From an uncultured Verrucomicrobiota bacterium (lineage in GTDB: Bacteria > Verrucomicrobiota > Verrucomicrobiia > Limisphaerales > J093), in NCBI GenBank assembly GCA_964472515.1, contig CAYYMW010000020.1:1-33958 (forward strand): 33,958 nucleotides of DNA. Reading direction: 5' to 3'. Made by a program: the position numbers and the translations under genes. This document shows, piece by piece, positions 17,594 through 27,512 of this stretch (position 1 is the stretch's first letter; each line of letters begins with the position of its first letter). The notes under the pieces were generated by a model, which saw only the letters and a program-made list of their open reading frames with translations, was not told the origin of the DNA and did not search any database.

Positions 17594-20500
17594 ATGACTG
17601 ACTCTACTCTGCATGGCCGGTCTCTGGACCTGGAGCTGCGACGGCGAATTCTCATCCTCGACGGGGCCATGGGTACGATGGTTCAAGCCCTGAACCTGCA
17701 AGAGGCGGACTACCGCGGGAGCATCTATGCGGGCGTTGACCGCTTACTCAAGGGGAATCACGATCTCCTGTGTGTTACCCAACCGGCGATCATCGAGAAG
17801 ATCCACCGCCAGTATCTCGAGGCCGGGGCGGAGATTCTGGAGACCAACACCTTCAACGCGAATGCCATCTCGTTGGCGGACTACGGCTTGGAGAGCCAGG
17901 TGCGCGAGCTGAACCTGGCCGCCGCTCGCGTGGCCCGTCGGGCAGTTGACGCCTTCCGCAGGAACTCGCCGGCGAGCCTGTGTTACGTGGCGGGCGCCCT
18001 GGGGCCCACCAACAAGACCGCGTCGCTTTCTCCTGATGTCAACAACCCTGCCTTCCGGGCGGTGAGCTTCGACCAACTCGTAGCGGTCTATGCCGAGCAG
18101 GCGCGCGCCCTGATCGAGGGTGGGGTGGATCTGCTGCTGGTGGAGACCGTCTTTGACACACTGAACGCCAAGGCTGCCTTGTTTGCCGTCGAACAGACCT
18201 TCGACGCCGTCGGTCGCAAGCTGCCGGTGATGCTCTCCTTCACCATTACGGATCGCAGCGGTCGGACGCTCTCGGGCCAGACGGTGGAAGCGTTCTGGAA
18301 CTCGGTCTCCCATATTCCGGTGCTGAGCGTCGGGATCAATTGCGCCTTGGGTGCCAAGCAGATGCGTCCGTACTTGGAAGAACTCTCGCGAGTGGCGCCG
18401 GTTCCTCTCAGTTGCTATCCCAATGCCGGGCTGCCCAACGCCTTCGGCGGCTTTGACGAGACGCCCGAAACGATGGCTGCCGATCTGCGCGAGTTCGCCC
18501 AACGCGGGTGGCTGAATCTGGTTGGCGGCTGTTGTGGGTCCACGCCTGAGCATATCCACGCCATCGCCGAGGCGGTGCGCGATCTGCCCGCCCGCCACAT
18601 TCCCGAGGTGGAACCGTATCTGCGTCTCAGTGGCCTTGAGCCCGTGACCGTCCGCCCGGACAGCAATTTCCTGAACGTTGGGGAACGAACCAACGTTGCC
18701 GGTTCGCCCAAGTTCGCCAAGCTCATCCTGGCGGGACAATATGACGAAGCCCTGACCATCGCCCGCCAACAAGTCGAGAGCGGCGCCCAGGTGATCGACG
18801 TCAACATGGACGAAGGCATGCTCGATGCGCTGACGGCGATGCCCCATTTCCTGCACCTGATCGCCTCGGAGCCGGAGATCGCGAAAGTCCCGATCATGAT
18901 CGATTCCTCGAAGTGGGAGGTCATCGAAGCCGGCTTGAAGTGCCTCCAGGGCAAGGGGGTGGTCAACTCCATCAGCTTGAAGGAGGGTGAGGAACGGTTC
19001 CTGGCGCAGGCTCGCCGCCTCCGGCGCTACGGTGCGGCGGTGGTGGTCATGGCCTTTGACGAGCGCGGCCAGGCGGACACCTACGAGCGGCGCATCGAGG
19101 TCTGCGGCCGGGCCTACCGGTTGCTGACCGAGCGGGTCGGTTTTCCACCGCAGGACATCATCTTCGATCCGAACGTCCTCACGGTTGGCACGGGCATGGA
19201 GGAGCACGCCAACTATGCGGTCGATTTCATCCGCGCCACCCGTTGGATCAAGGAGAACCTGCCGCTGGCCAAGGTGAGCGGAGGCATCAGCAACGTTTCC
19301 TTCAGCTTCCGGGGCAACAACGCGGTTCGCGAGGCGATGCACAGCGCCTTCCTTTTCCACGCCATTCGAGCGGGCCTGGACATGGGCATCGTCAACGCCG
19401 GCATGCTGGCGGTCTACGAGGAGGTCCCGAAGGACCTGCTGGAGCTGGTCGAGGACGTGCTTCTCAACCGCCGGCCCGACGCCACCGAGCGCCTGATCCG
19501 CTTCGCCGATTCCCTCAAACAACAGGGCAAGGCGGTGGAGGCGACGGAGGCTTGGCGGCTCGCACCAGTCGAGGAGCGCCTCTCGCACGCGTTGGTGAAG
19601 GGAATCGTCGATCACATCGACGCTGACACCGAGGAGGCCCGCCAGAAGCTGGGCTCCCCGCTGGCCGTGATCGAGGGGCCCTTGATGGCTGGGATGAACG
19701 TCGTGGGCGATCTCTTCGGCAGTGGAAGGATGTTCTTGCCGCAGGTCGTCAAGAGCGCGCGGGTGATGAAGAAGGCGGTGGCTTATCTGACGCCGTTCTT
19801 GGAGGCCGGTCAGGCTGCCGGAAGCGGCAAGCAGGGCAGGGTGCTCCTGGCCACCGTCAAGGGGGACGTGCATGACATCGGCAAGAACATCGTTGGAGTG
19901 GTGTTGGCCTGCAACAACTACGAGGTGATCGATCTCGGGGTGATGGTTCCCGCCGAGAAGATCATCGCCGCCGCCCGCGAGCAGGCCGTGGATATCGTTG
20001 GGCTCAGTGGTCTGATCACCCCGTCGCTCGACGAAATGGTGCATGTGGCCGGGGAACTGGAGCGCGAGGGGTTGCCGCTCCCGCTGCTCATCGGCGGCGC
20101 CACCACCAGCAAGGTTCACACGGCGGTCAAGATCGCGCCGGCCTTTCGACAGCCCGTGGTGCATGTGCTCGATGCCAGCCGGGCGGTGCCGGTGGTGGGC
20201 CAGCTTCTCGGCGCGGAAACGAAGGAAGGCTTCGCCGCGAAGAACCGCGAGGAACAGGATCACTTGCGCCAGATGCACGCGGCCCGTGAGACGCCGCTGG
20301 TCTCGCTGGACGCCGCGCGGCAGCAGGCCCCGAAGTTCGACTGGACGGCCTACACACCGCCGGCGCCCGACTTCCTTGGATTGCGACTCGTGGCCTCGCC
20401 GGAAGACGCAGGTGTGGCGAAGGACTTGGCGGTCGTGCCCGTCACGCTTCAGGACTTGGTGCCGCTCATCGATTGGTCCCCGTTCTTCCACGCTTGGGAA

Positions 20501-21328
20501 CTGCGCGGGCGCTATCCATCGATCCTCAACCACGAGAAATACGGGGAGCAGGCGCGAAAACTCTTTGCCGACGCCCAGGCCCAACTGGAGGGCATGGTGC
20601 GGGACCGCTCCCTCAAGCCGCGCGGGATTTACGGTTTCCTGCCGGCCAACCGGATCGGTGACGACGTGGAGGTGTACGCGGATGAGACCCGCACGCGAAC
20701 GGCGGCCCAATTCCACTTCCTCCGCCAGCAGACCGCCAAACCACAAGGGCAGACCTACGCGAGCCTGGCTGATTTCGTTGCCGGCCGAGGCGCTGGTGAG
20801 CCGGTGCGTGACTACCTGGGCTTCTTCGCGGTAAGCACCGGGTTCGGTTTGGATGTGTTGCGCGAGCGCTTCAAGGCCGACCACGATGACTATCAGGCGA
20901 TCATGGCCGAGGCGCTGGCGGATCGTCTGGCCGAGGCGTTTGCCGAGTATCTTCACCGACGTGCCCGTCAAGACTGGGGTTACGGCCGGGCCGAAGGCCT
21001 CACCAACGAGCAACTCATCGCCGAGGAATACCGGGGGATTCGTCCCGCCGCCGGGTACCCGGCCTGTCCCGATCACACCGAGAAACGCACCCTCTGGTCG
21101 CTGCTATCCATCGAGCAACGCACGGGCATCAAGCTGACGGAGAACGGCGCCATGTGGCCGGGCAGCAGTGTCTCGGGGCTGTACTTCTCGCATCCGGAGT
21201 CCAGGTACTTCGCCGTGGGGAAGCTGGGCCGAGACCAGGTGCTCGACTACCAGCAACGCAAGCAGATGCCCCTGGCCGAAGTGGAACGCTGGCTGGGACC
21301 GTATCTGGGCTATACCCCCGGCAAGTAG
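17594..21328 (+). CDS. metH: Cobalamin-dependent methionine synthase (5-methyltetrahydrofolate-homocysteine methyltransferase), full four-module form
   Basis: N-terminal Hcy-binding module ([11 protein letters not shown]...ETNTF), pterin-binding module, B12-binding module with the [15 protein letters not shown] DxHxxG motif, and a C-terminal AdoMet reactivation domain. Total 1244 aa from ATG 17594. Confidence 0.95.
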   Translation: MTDSTLHGRSLDLELRRRILILDGAMGTMVQALNLQEADYRGSIYAGVDRLLKGNHDLLCVTQPAIIEKIHRQYLEAGAEILETNTFNANAISLADYGLESQVRELNLAAARVARRAVDAFRRNSPASLCYVAGALGPTNKTASLSPDVNNPAFRAVSFDQLVAVYAEQARALIEGGVDLLLVETVFDTLNAKAALFAVEQTFDAVGRKLPVMLSFTITDRSGRTLSGQTVEAFWNSVSHIPVLSVGINCALGAKQMRPYLEELSRVAPVPLSCYPNAGLPNAFGGFDETPETMAADLREFAQRGWLNLVGGCCGSTPEHIHAIAEAVRDLPARHIPEVEPYLRLSGLEPVTVRPDSNFLNVGERTNVAGSPKFAKLILAGQYDEALTIARQQVESGAQVIDVNMDEGMLDALTAMPHFLHLIASEPEIAKVPIMIDSSKWEVIEAGLKCLQGKGVVNSISLKEGEERFLAQARRLRRYGAAVVVMAFDERGQADTYERRIEVCGRAYRLLTERVGFPPQDIIFDPNVLTVGTGMEEHANYAVDFIRATRWIKENLPLAKVSGGISNVSFSFRGNNAVREAMHSAFLFHAIRAGLDMGIVNAGMLAVYEEVPKDLLELVEDVLLNRRPDATERLIRFADSLKQQGKAVEATEAWRLAPVEERLSHALVKGIVDHIDADTEEARQKLGSPLAVIEGPLMAGMNVVGDLFGSGRMFLPQVVKSARVMKKAVAYLTPFLEAGQAAGSGKQGRVLLATVKGDVHDIGKNIVGVVLACNNYEVIDLGVMVPAEKIIAAAREQAVDIVGLSGLITPSLDEMVHVAGELEREGLPLPLLIGGATTSKVHTAVKIAPAFRQPVVHVLDASRAVPVVGQLLGAETKEGFAAKNREEQDHLRQMHAARETPLVSLDAARQQAPKFDWTAYTPPAPDFLGLRLVASPEDAGVAKDLAVVPVTLQDLVPLIDWSPFFHAWELRGRYPSILNHEKYGEQARKLFADAQAQLEGMVRDRSLKPRGIYGFLPANRIGDDVEVYADETRTRTAAQFHFLRQQTAKPQGQTYASLADFVAGRGAGEPVRDYLGFFAVSTGFGLDVLRERFKADHDDYQAIMAEALADRLAEAFAEYLHRRARQDWGYGRAEGLTNEQLIAEEYRGIRPAAGYPACPDHTEKRTLWSLLSIEQRTGIKLTENGAMWPGSSVSGLYFSHPESRYFAVGKLGRDQVLDYQQRKQMPLAEVERWLGPYLGYTPGK

Positions 21329-21346
21329 TCGCGTCGGCTAAACGCA

Positions 21347-21376
21347 CCCCGGTCACCGCGCTGGGCGGTGCCGGGT
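21347..21376. terminator. GC-rich hairpin between convergent metH and the CGS-like gene
   Basis: CCCCGGTCACCGC-gctgg-GCGGTGCCGGG imperfect inverted repeat lying in the 78-bp gap between two convergent stops. No clear U-tract on either strand. Confidence 0.3.
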
Positions 21377-21406
21377 CGGATCAAGCCGCCGGTGGGGGCG
21401 GCCCTG

Positions 21407-22612
21407 CTATATCTTCCGCAGGGCTTGATCGAGGTCATCGATCATGTCCTGGATGTCTTCGAGGCCCAGGGCGATCCGGACCAGGTTGTCGACCATGCCG
21501 ATCGACTTCCGATACTCCGGCGAGTAGTCGAAGAACGACATCGTTGACATCTGGGTGACGAGGCTCTCCGAGCCGCCGAGGCTCGGGGTGATGGTGAACA
21601 ACCGCAACGAGTCTACAAAACGTTGCGTTTCCTTGTTGCCGCCTTTGACCAGGAAAGTGATCATGGAGGCGGAGCCGCGCATCAGCTTGCGCGCGAGGCG
21701 GTAGTCGGGATGCGATTTCAATCCTGGGTACCAGACCTTTTCGACCTTGGGATGCGCCTCCAAGGCCTTGGCCACGGCCAGCCCCGCCTTGTTGTGATGC
21801 TCCATCCGCAACGCGAAAGTCTTCAGCCCTCGTTCGAGCAAGAAGCAGGTGAGGCCGCCGGGAATCGCCCCCACCATGCGCTGCATTTTGTACACCTCTT
21901 CCATCAGCGCGGCGCGCCCCAGGGTGGCACCGGCCAGCAAATCGTTGTGCCCGCCCAGGTACTTGGTTGCCGAGTGGATGACCAAGTCCACGCCGAGTTC
22001 GAGCGGCCTGAGGTTGTAGGGTGTAGCCAGCGTGGAATCGATCATGGTGAGCACGCCTCGCTGGCGTGCCACTTTGGCAATGGCCGGGAGATCCACCATC
22101 CGCAGGTAGGGGTTGGTGGGGGATTCCGTGAAGATGATGTTCGTATTGGGCTGAATGGCGGCCGCCACCGCCTTGGCGGTGGGCTCGACGAGGCTCGTTT
22201 GCACCCCGAGCTTCCCCAGGTAGTTGACGGCGAAATCGCGCGTCTGCCGGTAGCAGTCGCTCGTGAAGATGATGTGCCCGTCCTTCTTCAAGAACGCCAT
22301 GAGGGTCAGGATCACCGCGCTCATACCGGACGAGAACAAGACCGCCCGCTCCGCCCCTTCGATGGCCGCAAGCTTGCGTTCGGTCTCCTGCTGCGTGGGA
22401 TTCCCGTAGCGGCCGTACTCGGCCTCCCGGATGTGGCGGCCTTCTCCTTTGGCCTTCATGTACTCCACCACCTCGGTCATGTTCCCGAAGCAGTAGTTCG
22501 AGGTCTGCACGATCGGGGTGGAGACCGCGTGATGGGCTTTGGCGCGGCGGCTGCGACCGTGGATGGCCAGGGTGGCGGCTCGCCATTCCGGCAGGGTGGA
22601 TTTGGCAGGCAT
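21407..22612 (-). CDS. PLP-dependent Cys/Met-metabolism enzyme, cystathionine gamma-synthase / O-acylhomoserine sulfhydrylase family
   Basis: 401 aa. PLP-lysine motif SATKYLGGHNDLLAG, and clear collinearity with MetB/MetZ (YGRYGNPTQ, GMSAV, ESPTNP). Competing same-strand six-frame ORF 21435..22742 is an Arg/Gly-rich artefact. Confidence 0.85.
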   Translation of the reverse strand: MPAKSTLPEWRAATLAIHGRSRRAKAHHAVSTPIVQTSNYCFGNMTEVVEYMKAKGEGRHIREAEYGRYGNPTQQETERKLAAIEGAERAVLFSSGMSAVILTLMAFLKKDGHIIFTSDCYRQTRDFAVNYLGKLGVQTSLVEPTAKAVAAAIQPNTNIIFTESPTNPYLRMVDLPAIAKVARQRGVLTMIDSTLATPYNLRPLELGVDLVIHSATKYLGGHNDLLAGATLGRAALMEEVYKMQRMVGAIPGGLTCFLLERGLKTFALRMEHHNKAGLAVAKALEAHPKVEKVWYPGLKSHPDYRLARKLMRGSASMITFLVKGGNKETQRFVDSLRLFTITPSLGGSESLVTQMSTMSFFDYSPEYRKSIGMVDNLVRIALGLEDIQDMIDDLDQALRKI

Positions 22613-22642
22613 GGGCGTGCTTTCGCTGGAGAGTGGCTGTGA

Positions 22643-23986
22643 TCAGAGGGCCACGTTGCGTTCCTTCAGTGCCTGGTCGAGCGCCGCTTTGACGGCATCC
22701 ACCCGCGGCGGGAGTTCCACCGGCGTGTTGGCCTGGTTGCACGGGAAATCGAGCGTTCGTTCATGGTAGCGCACCTTGAAGTCCGTGAACTTCAGCCCAT
22801 GGGCCGTGGAGACCACCACGACGCGCTCGGATTTGTCGATCTTCCCGGCCTTGAGCAGCTTGATCAGGGCGGCCAGCGCCACGCCGGTATGCGGGCAATT
22901 GAACATGCCTGTTTTGTCGCCCAACGCCGCGGCGTTGGCCAATTCCTCCTCGGTGGCCTGCTCCACGATCCCGTCGAATTGCTGCAGGACCCGCACGGCC
23001 TTCTCGATGCTCACGGGATTGCCGATCTGGATGGCGCTTGCCAGGGTCTTCTGGGCTTGGATCGGCTCGAACGATTTGAACCCGTTCAGGTAAGCGCGAT
23101 AGAGCGGATTGGCCCGTTCGGCCTGGGCCACGACGATGCGCGGCAGCTTATTCACGACCCCGAGTTCCTTCATCATCATCAACCCCCGGCCCAGGGCGGA
23201 AACGTTGCCCAGGTTCCCGCCCGGGATGATGATGACATCCGGCACCTCCCAGTCGAACTGTTGCACAATCTCGATGCCCACGGTCTTCTGCCCCTCGACG
23301 CGGAGCGAGTTCATGGAGTTGGCGAGGTAGATCGTCTCGTCTTTGGTAATCTCCTGCACCACCTTCATGCAGCCGTCGAAATCGGTGTCCAGCGAGAGCA
23401 CCAGTGCGCCGTTGGCGATGGGTTGCACCAACTGCGCCGTGCTGATCTTGCCGCGGGGCAGCAGCACGATGGACTGGATGCCCGCCGCCGCGCAGTAAAC
23501 CGCCAGCGCGGCTGAGGTGTCTCCCGTGGACGCACAGGCGACCGCCTTGATCGGCGCGCCTTCCGCGATCATCTGCTTCACCTGGGAGACCAACACGGTC
23601 ATGCCGAGGTCCTTGAACGAACCGCTGTGGGTGTTGCCGCACAGCTTCACCCAGAGGTCCTTGACGCCAATCACCCTCCCGAATCGCTCCGCCCAAAACA
23701 GGTTGGTGCCGCCTTCGTAGAGCGACACGATGTTCTCGTCCTTGATCTCGGGCAGCACCCATTCCTTCTTGCCCCAGATGCCGGAGCCGAACGGCCAGGC
23801 GTTGCTCTTGTAACGATCCTCAAAGAGCTTCATCCACGCCACCCCGCTCCGGCGGGCCAGGGCCGTCATGTCGTGCTGGACTTCCAACAGCGACTGGCAC
23901 CGCTCGCATTGGTAGATGATCTTGTTCAGCGGGTAGGTGGCCTTGCACGCAGGGTTAATGCATTGGAAGGAGGCTTGGTAGGGCAT
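22643..23986 (-). CDS. thrC: Threonine synthase-like PLP enzyme with N-terminal zinc-ribbon
   Basis: 447 aa. N-terminal CxxC...CxxC ribbon ([23 protein letters not shown]). ThrC-type PLP lysine region ([12 protein letters not shown]) and a glycine-rich loop ([15 protein letters not shown]). It lies 30 nt upstream of, and is co-oriented with, the CGS-like gene. GGAGA Shine-Dalgarno 8 nt before ATG. Confidence 0.8.
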   Translation of the reverse strand: MPYQASFQCINPACKATYPLNKIIYQCERCQSLLEVQHDMTALARRSGVAWMKLFEDRYKSNAWPFGSGIWGKKEWVLPEIKDENIVSLYEGGTNLFWAERFGRVIGVKDLWVKLCGNTHSGSFKDLGMTVLVSQVKQMIAEGAPIKAVACASTGDTSAALAVYCAAAGIQSIVLLPRGKISTAQLVQPIANGALVLSLDTDFDGCMKVVQEITKDETIYLANSMNSLRVEGQKTVGIEIVQQFDWEVPDVIIIPGGNLGNVSALGRGLMMMKELGVVNKLPRIVVAQAERANPLYRAYLNGFKSFEPIQAQKTLASAIQIGNPVSIEKAVRVLQQFDGIVEQATEEELANAAALGDKTGMFNCPHTGVALAALIKLLKAGKIDKSERVVVVSTAHGLKFTDFKVRYHERTLDFPCNQANTPVELPPRVDAVKAALDQALKERNVAL

Positions 23987-24535
23987 GAAATGGGATCTCC
24001 GGCTGGGGGTGGCGAACGTGCCGCGTGCGGTTCACCCGGAAGGGTGCCGCGCGCGTGCCAAGACAGCAATAGATGGCCGCCTCATGAACCGCAGCATCCC
24101 AATAACCCGTCCTGATATCAATCCTTTTGGTGCCGGCCGTGCAGATCTGACTGGGTGCAAGGCAGCACCTGGGGGGGCGTCCGTGGGCGTCCTGCCAAAG
24201 GCCGGTAGCAGACCAGATCGTGATGTTGCAAGGCCTTGACCGCAAGCAACATAACCGAGAACGGCACCGCCAGAGATGGCTTGCTTCAGCGGGCTGACAC
24301 GCAGCCCTCCCGATCCCCACGCCGCCAGGAAGTTTGGTGGAGCTTCGAGATCGAGGGCGCGGGGCAGGGGAGGGGTGATGAGTCGTCAGTCAGCGCCCGG
24401 TCGCTTCCCGGCTACAAAGCCCTCTGGAAATTGTAAGTGAAAACTCGCACCAGCCATGGTTAAGTACCCGTGTACTAGCTCTGAGACAGTGTTGCGCGGG
24501 TGTGCGGAAGCGACTTTGGCATTCAACTTCTGGCG

Positions 24536-25339
24536 ATGGCTATGATGGAAGTCCTGACAGAAGCGGTCCGGCCGGCGAATCTGCCGTTTACGGCGGTGCT
24601 GGGCGGTTTGGCCATTTACTGGCTGCTCGTGGCGGTCGGCTTGCTGCAATCCGACTGGGGTGGCGATGCGGCGGTGCATGGCGGGCCTGACGCGCACGTC
24701 GATGCTCACGCCCACCTTCACGGGGACGGACTGTCGGGGATGGACGGCGATCTGAGCACCGATGCGGATGTCAGTGGCGATGGGTTGTCGGGCGATGCCC
24801 ATGCGGACGCGCATGCGGATGGCCACGGCGGCGACGCAGACCACGATGCCCACGCGGATAGCGGCCCGGGCCTGCTCACCCAAGTGATGCGCTTCGTCCA
24901 TATGGGGGATGTGCCGGTGATGATCGTGGTCAGCATCCTGGCCTTGTGCGCCTGGATCTTCTCGATGATCGCCAACCACTACTGGACCGGCCATTCCCTT
25001 CCCCGCGTCTTGATCATCCTGGTTCCCGTGCTGTTGCTCAGCGCGCTGCTGACCCGGTATTTGACCCTCCCGCTGGCCGGTTTCTTCCGCGCGTTGAACC
25101 GCGAGTATGAGGAGCATCAGCCCTTGGTAGGACGCACCTGTGTGATCACCACCAGCGAGGTCACCGCCGATTTCGGCCAGGCGCGCATCGAGACCAAGGG
25201 CGCGCCGGTGATCGTCAATGTGCGGGTGTCGGAGGGCGGTCCGCTGCGGAAGCACGACGCCGCGCTGTTGGTGCGCGAAGACCGGCAAAAGGGGATTTTC
25301 TATGTGGTCAAGGTAACGTCGGACAAACTCGAGGTTTGA
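24536..25339 (+). CDS. YqiJ/NfeD-like inner-membrane protein with His/Asp-rich loop and C-terminal OB-fold-like domain
   Basis: An N-terminal NLPF-containing TM helix is followed by a His/Asp-rich repeat segment of about 65 aa, then 2-3 TM helices, then a soluble C-terminal beta-rich tail (VGRTCVITTSEV...IVNVRV...IFYVVKV). The stop overlaps the flotillin gene start. The first ATG is at 24536; the ORF is open from GTG 24500. Confidence 0.65.
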   Translation: MAMMEVLTEAVRPANLPFTAVLGGLAIYWLLVAVGLLQSDWGGDAAVHGGPDAHVDAHAHLHGDGLSGMDGDLSTDADVSGDGLSGDAHADAHADGHGGDADHDAHADSGPGLLTQVMRFVHMGDVPVMIVVSILALCAWIFSMIANHYWTGHSLPRVLIILVPVLLLSALLTRYLTLPLAGFFRALNREYEEHQPLVGRTCVITTSEVTADFGQARIETKGAPVIVNVRVSEGGPLRKHDAALLVREDRQKGIFYVVKVTSDKLEV

Positions 25340-25341
25340 TT

Positions 25342-27417
25342 ATGCTACTATTCGTTGATGTGTTGTTGGGGCTCGGCGGCATGCTGCTGGTCCTGATTCT
25401 GATCGCGGGCGTCATCAGCGTGCTGACCTGCTATCGCAAGGTCGAGCAGGGACGTGCGCTGGTTCGCAACGGCATGGGGGGCACCCGGGTCTCGTTCTCG
25501 GGCATTGTGGTCTTCCCCATCATTCACAAGTGCGAGATCATGGATATCTCGGTCAAGCGGGTGGAGATTGACCGCCAGGGCAAGAACGGCCTGATCTGCA
25601 TGGACAACATGCGTGCCGACATCAAGGTGGCCTTCTTCGTGCGCGTCAACCAGACTCCGGAGGATGTACTCCGGGTGGCTCAGGCCATCGGTTGCGAACG
25701 GGCTTCGAGCCAGGAGGCCATGGTTGATCTGTTCGACGCCAAGTTTTCCGAGGCCCTGAAGACGGTCGGCCGCCAGTTCCAGTTTGTCGACCTCTACAAC
25801 TCCCGGGAGAAACTCAAGGAGGGGATCATCAAGACCATGGGAACGGACCTGAACGGCTTTGTGCTGGAGGACGTCGCGATCGATTACCTGGAGCAGACCC
25901 CGGTCGGCCTGCTCAACCCGGATAACATCCTCGACTCCGAAGGCATCAAGAAGATTACCGAACTGACCGCGACCCAGAAGGTTCTCTCGAACAAGATCGA
26001 CCGCGATCGCGAGAAGACCATCACCAAGCAGAACGTCGAGACCAAGGAGGCGATTCTGGAGATGAACCGGCAGTTGGCTGAGGCGGAGGAGAAGCAAAAG
26101 CGCGAAGTGGCGAGCATCAAGGCTCGCGAGGAAGCGGAGGCCAAGAAGGTGCAGGAAGAGCAGCGGCTGCGTTCCGAGCAGACCCGCATCAGCGTCGAGG
26201 AGGAATTGCAGGTGGCGGAGGAGAACAAGAACCGCCAGATCATCGTGGCGCAGCGCAACAAGGAGCGAACCGATGCCGTCGAGCGGGAACGGGTAGAGAA
26301 AGACCGCCAGGTCGAGGTGACCGAACGCGAGCGGACCGTGTCGCTGGCGCGCATCGCCCGCGACCGGGAGGTCGAAATCCAGCAGAAGGAGATTCAGAAC
26401 GTGATCCGGGAACGGCTCGAGGTCGAGAAGACCGTGGTCCAGGAGCAGCAACGGATCAAGGATACCGAGGCGCTGGCCACCGCCGACCGGGAGAAGAAGG
26501 TGGCCATTACCAGCGCCGAGCGCGAGGCCGAACAAGCCCTCGTCAAGAACATCAAGGCTGCGGAGGCCGCCCGCAAGGCCGCCGAACTCAAGGCCGAGCA
26601 GGACCGTTTCACCATCGTCAAACAGGCCGAAGCCCAGAAGGAAGCGGCCGAGCGACACGCCCAGGTGACGATGATCGAGGCCGAGGCGGCCGAGACCGCC
26701 GCGACCAAGCAGTCCGCCGCCAAGCGGTTGCTGGCGGAGGCCACCTCGGCGGAAGCGGCGGCGGTGGGATTGGGCGAAACCCGCGTCCTCGAGGCCAAAG
26801 CGGCTGCGACCGAAAAGCAGGGCACCGCCGATGCCAAGGTCATGCAGCTGAAGTTCAGTTCCGAGGCGCGTGGTATCACCGAGAAGGCCGAGGCCATGAA
26901 GCTCTTCAGCGGCGTGGGCCGCGAACACGAGGAGTTCAAGCTGCGCCTGAACAAGGACCGCGACATCGAGTTGGCCGAAATCCGCGCCCGGCAGGAGATC
27001 GCCTCCCATCAGGCGGAGGTGATGGCGGAAGCCGTGAAGCACGCGCGCATCGACATCGTTGGCGGCGAGACCCAGTTCTTCGACCGCATCACCAGCGCCA
27101 TCGCCGGCGGCAAGGCCATCGACCGGTTGGTGCAATCGAGCGAGACCCTGACCGACGTGAAGGACACCTTCTTCAACGGTGACCCGGAGCATTTTCAGGC
27201 GCAATTGAGGACCTTCGTGGAGCGCTTCGGTCTCACCAGCGAGGACGTCAAGAACCTCACCATCTCGGCGGCGGTGGGGCAGATGATGGGCCTGGCGGAC
27301 GACGGCAAGACCAAGGGTTTGCTGGGTGGCCTCCTCTCACAAGCAAAGAAGGCGGGCTTGGCGGACAAACTGATCGGTTCGCTCTTGGGAAATGCTGCGC
27401 CTCCCAAGGCGGGTTGA
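25342..27417 (+). CDS. Flotillin-family (SPFH/band-7) protein, long form with extended E/A/K/R-rich coiled coil
   Basis: N-terminal TM, then an SPFH domain (ALVRNGMGGTRVSFSGIVVFPIIHKCEIMDISVKRVEID...), then about 330 aa of E/A/K/R/Q heptad-like repeats. GAGG Shine-Dalgarno 7 nt upstream of ATG 25342. Pairing with an NfeD-like gene is as in yqiJK. Confidence 0.85.
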   Translation: MLLFVDVLLGLGGMLLVLILIAGVISVLTCYRKVEQGRALVRNGMGGTRVSFSGIVVFPIIHKCEIMDISVKRVEIDRQGKNGLICMDNMRADIKVAFFVRVNQTPEDVLRVAQAIGCERASSQEAMVDLFDAKFSEALKTVGRQFQFVDLYNSREKLKEGIIKTMGTDLNGFVLEDVAIDYLEQTPVGLLNPDNILDSEGIKKITELTATQKVLSNKIDRDREKTITKQNVETKEAILEMNRQLAEAEEKQKREVASIKAREEAEAKKVQEEQRLRSEQTRISVEEELQVAEENKNRQIIVAQRNKERTDAVERERVEKDRQVEVTERERTVSLARIARDREVEIQQKEIQNVIRERLEVEKTVVQEQQRIKDTEALATADREKKVAITSAEREAEQALVKNIKAAEAARKAAELKAEQDRFTIVKQAEAQKEAAERHAQVTMIEAEAAETAATKQSAAKRLLAEATSAEAAAVGLGETRVLEAKAAATEKQGTADAKVMQLKFSSEARGITEKAEAMKLFSGVGREHEEFKLRLNKDRDIELAEIRARQEIASHQAEVMAEAVKHARIDIVGGETQFFDRITSAIAGGKAIDRLVQSSETLTDVKDTFFNGDPEHFQAQLRTFVERFGLTSEDVKNLTISAAVGQMMGLADDGKTKGLLGGLLSQAKKAGLADKLIGSLLGNAAPPKAG

Positions 27418-27512
27418 TGGGGCACGCTGACTCATTCCTTGCGCGCCCCCGGCCGAAATTGCCTGCGGCCGGGGGCGTTCTGGCAGGCAATCCCGTTCAC
27501 TGACCCGTCATT

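Noticed and set aside
17744-21076. 1110-aa minus-strand ORF antisense to metH
   Set aside because: It spans the metH antisense frame with no recognisable domains. metH has complete four-module homology on the plus strand. Stop-codon depletion in antisense frames is expected at about 67% GC.
21435-22742. 435-aa minus-strand ORF overlapping the CGS-like gene in another frame
   Set aside because: Arg/Gly/Pro-rich nonsense-like translation. The alternative frame 21407..22612 has the PLP-Lys motif SATKYLGGH and full MetB collinearity.
24386-25288. 300-aa minus-strand ORF across the thrC/NfeD intergenic region and antisense to the NfeD-like gene
   Set aside because: His/Arg/Gly/Asp-rich reverse-frame translation of the DAHAD repeat region. 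The sense strand encodes a coherent TM protein coupled to the flotillin gene.
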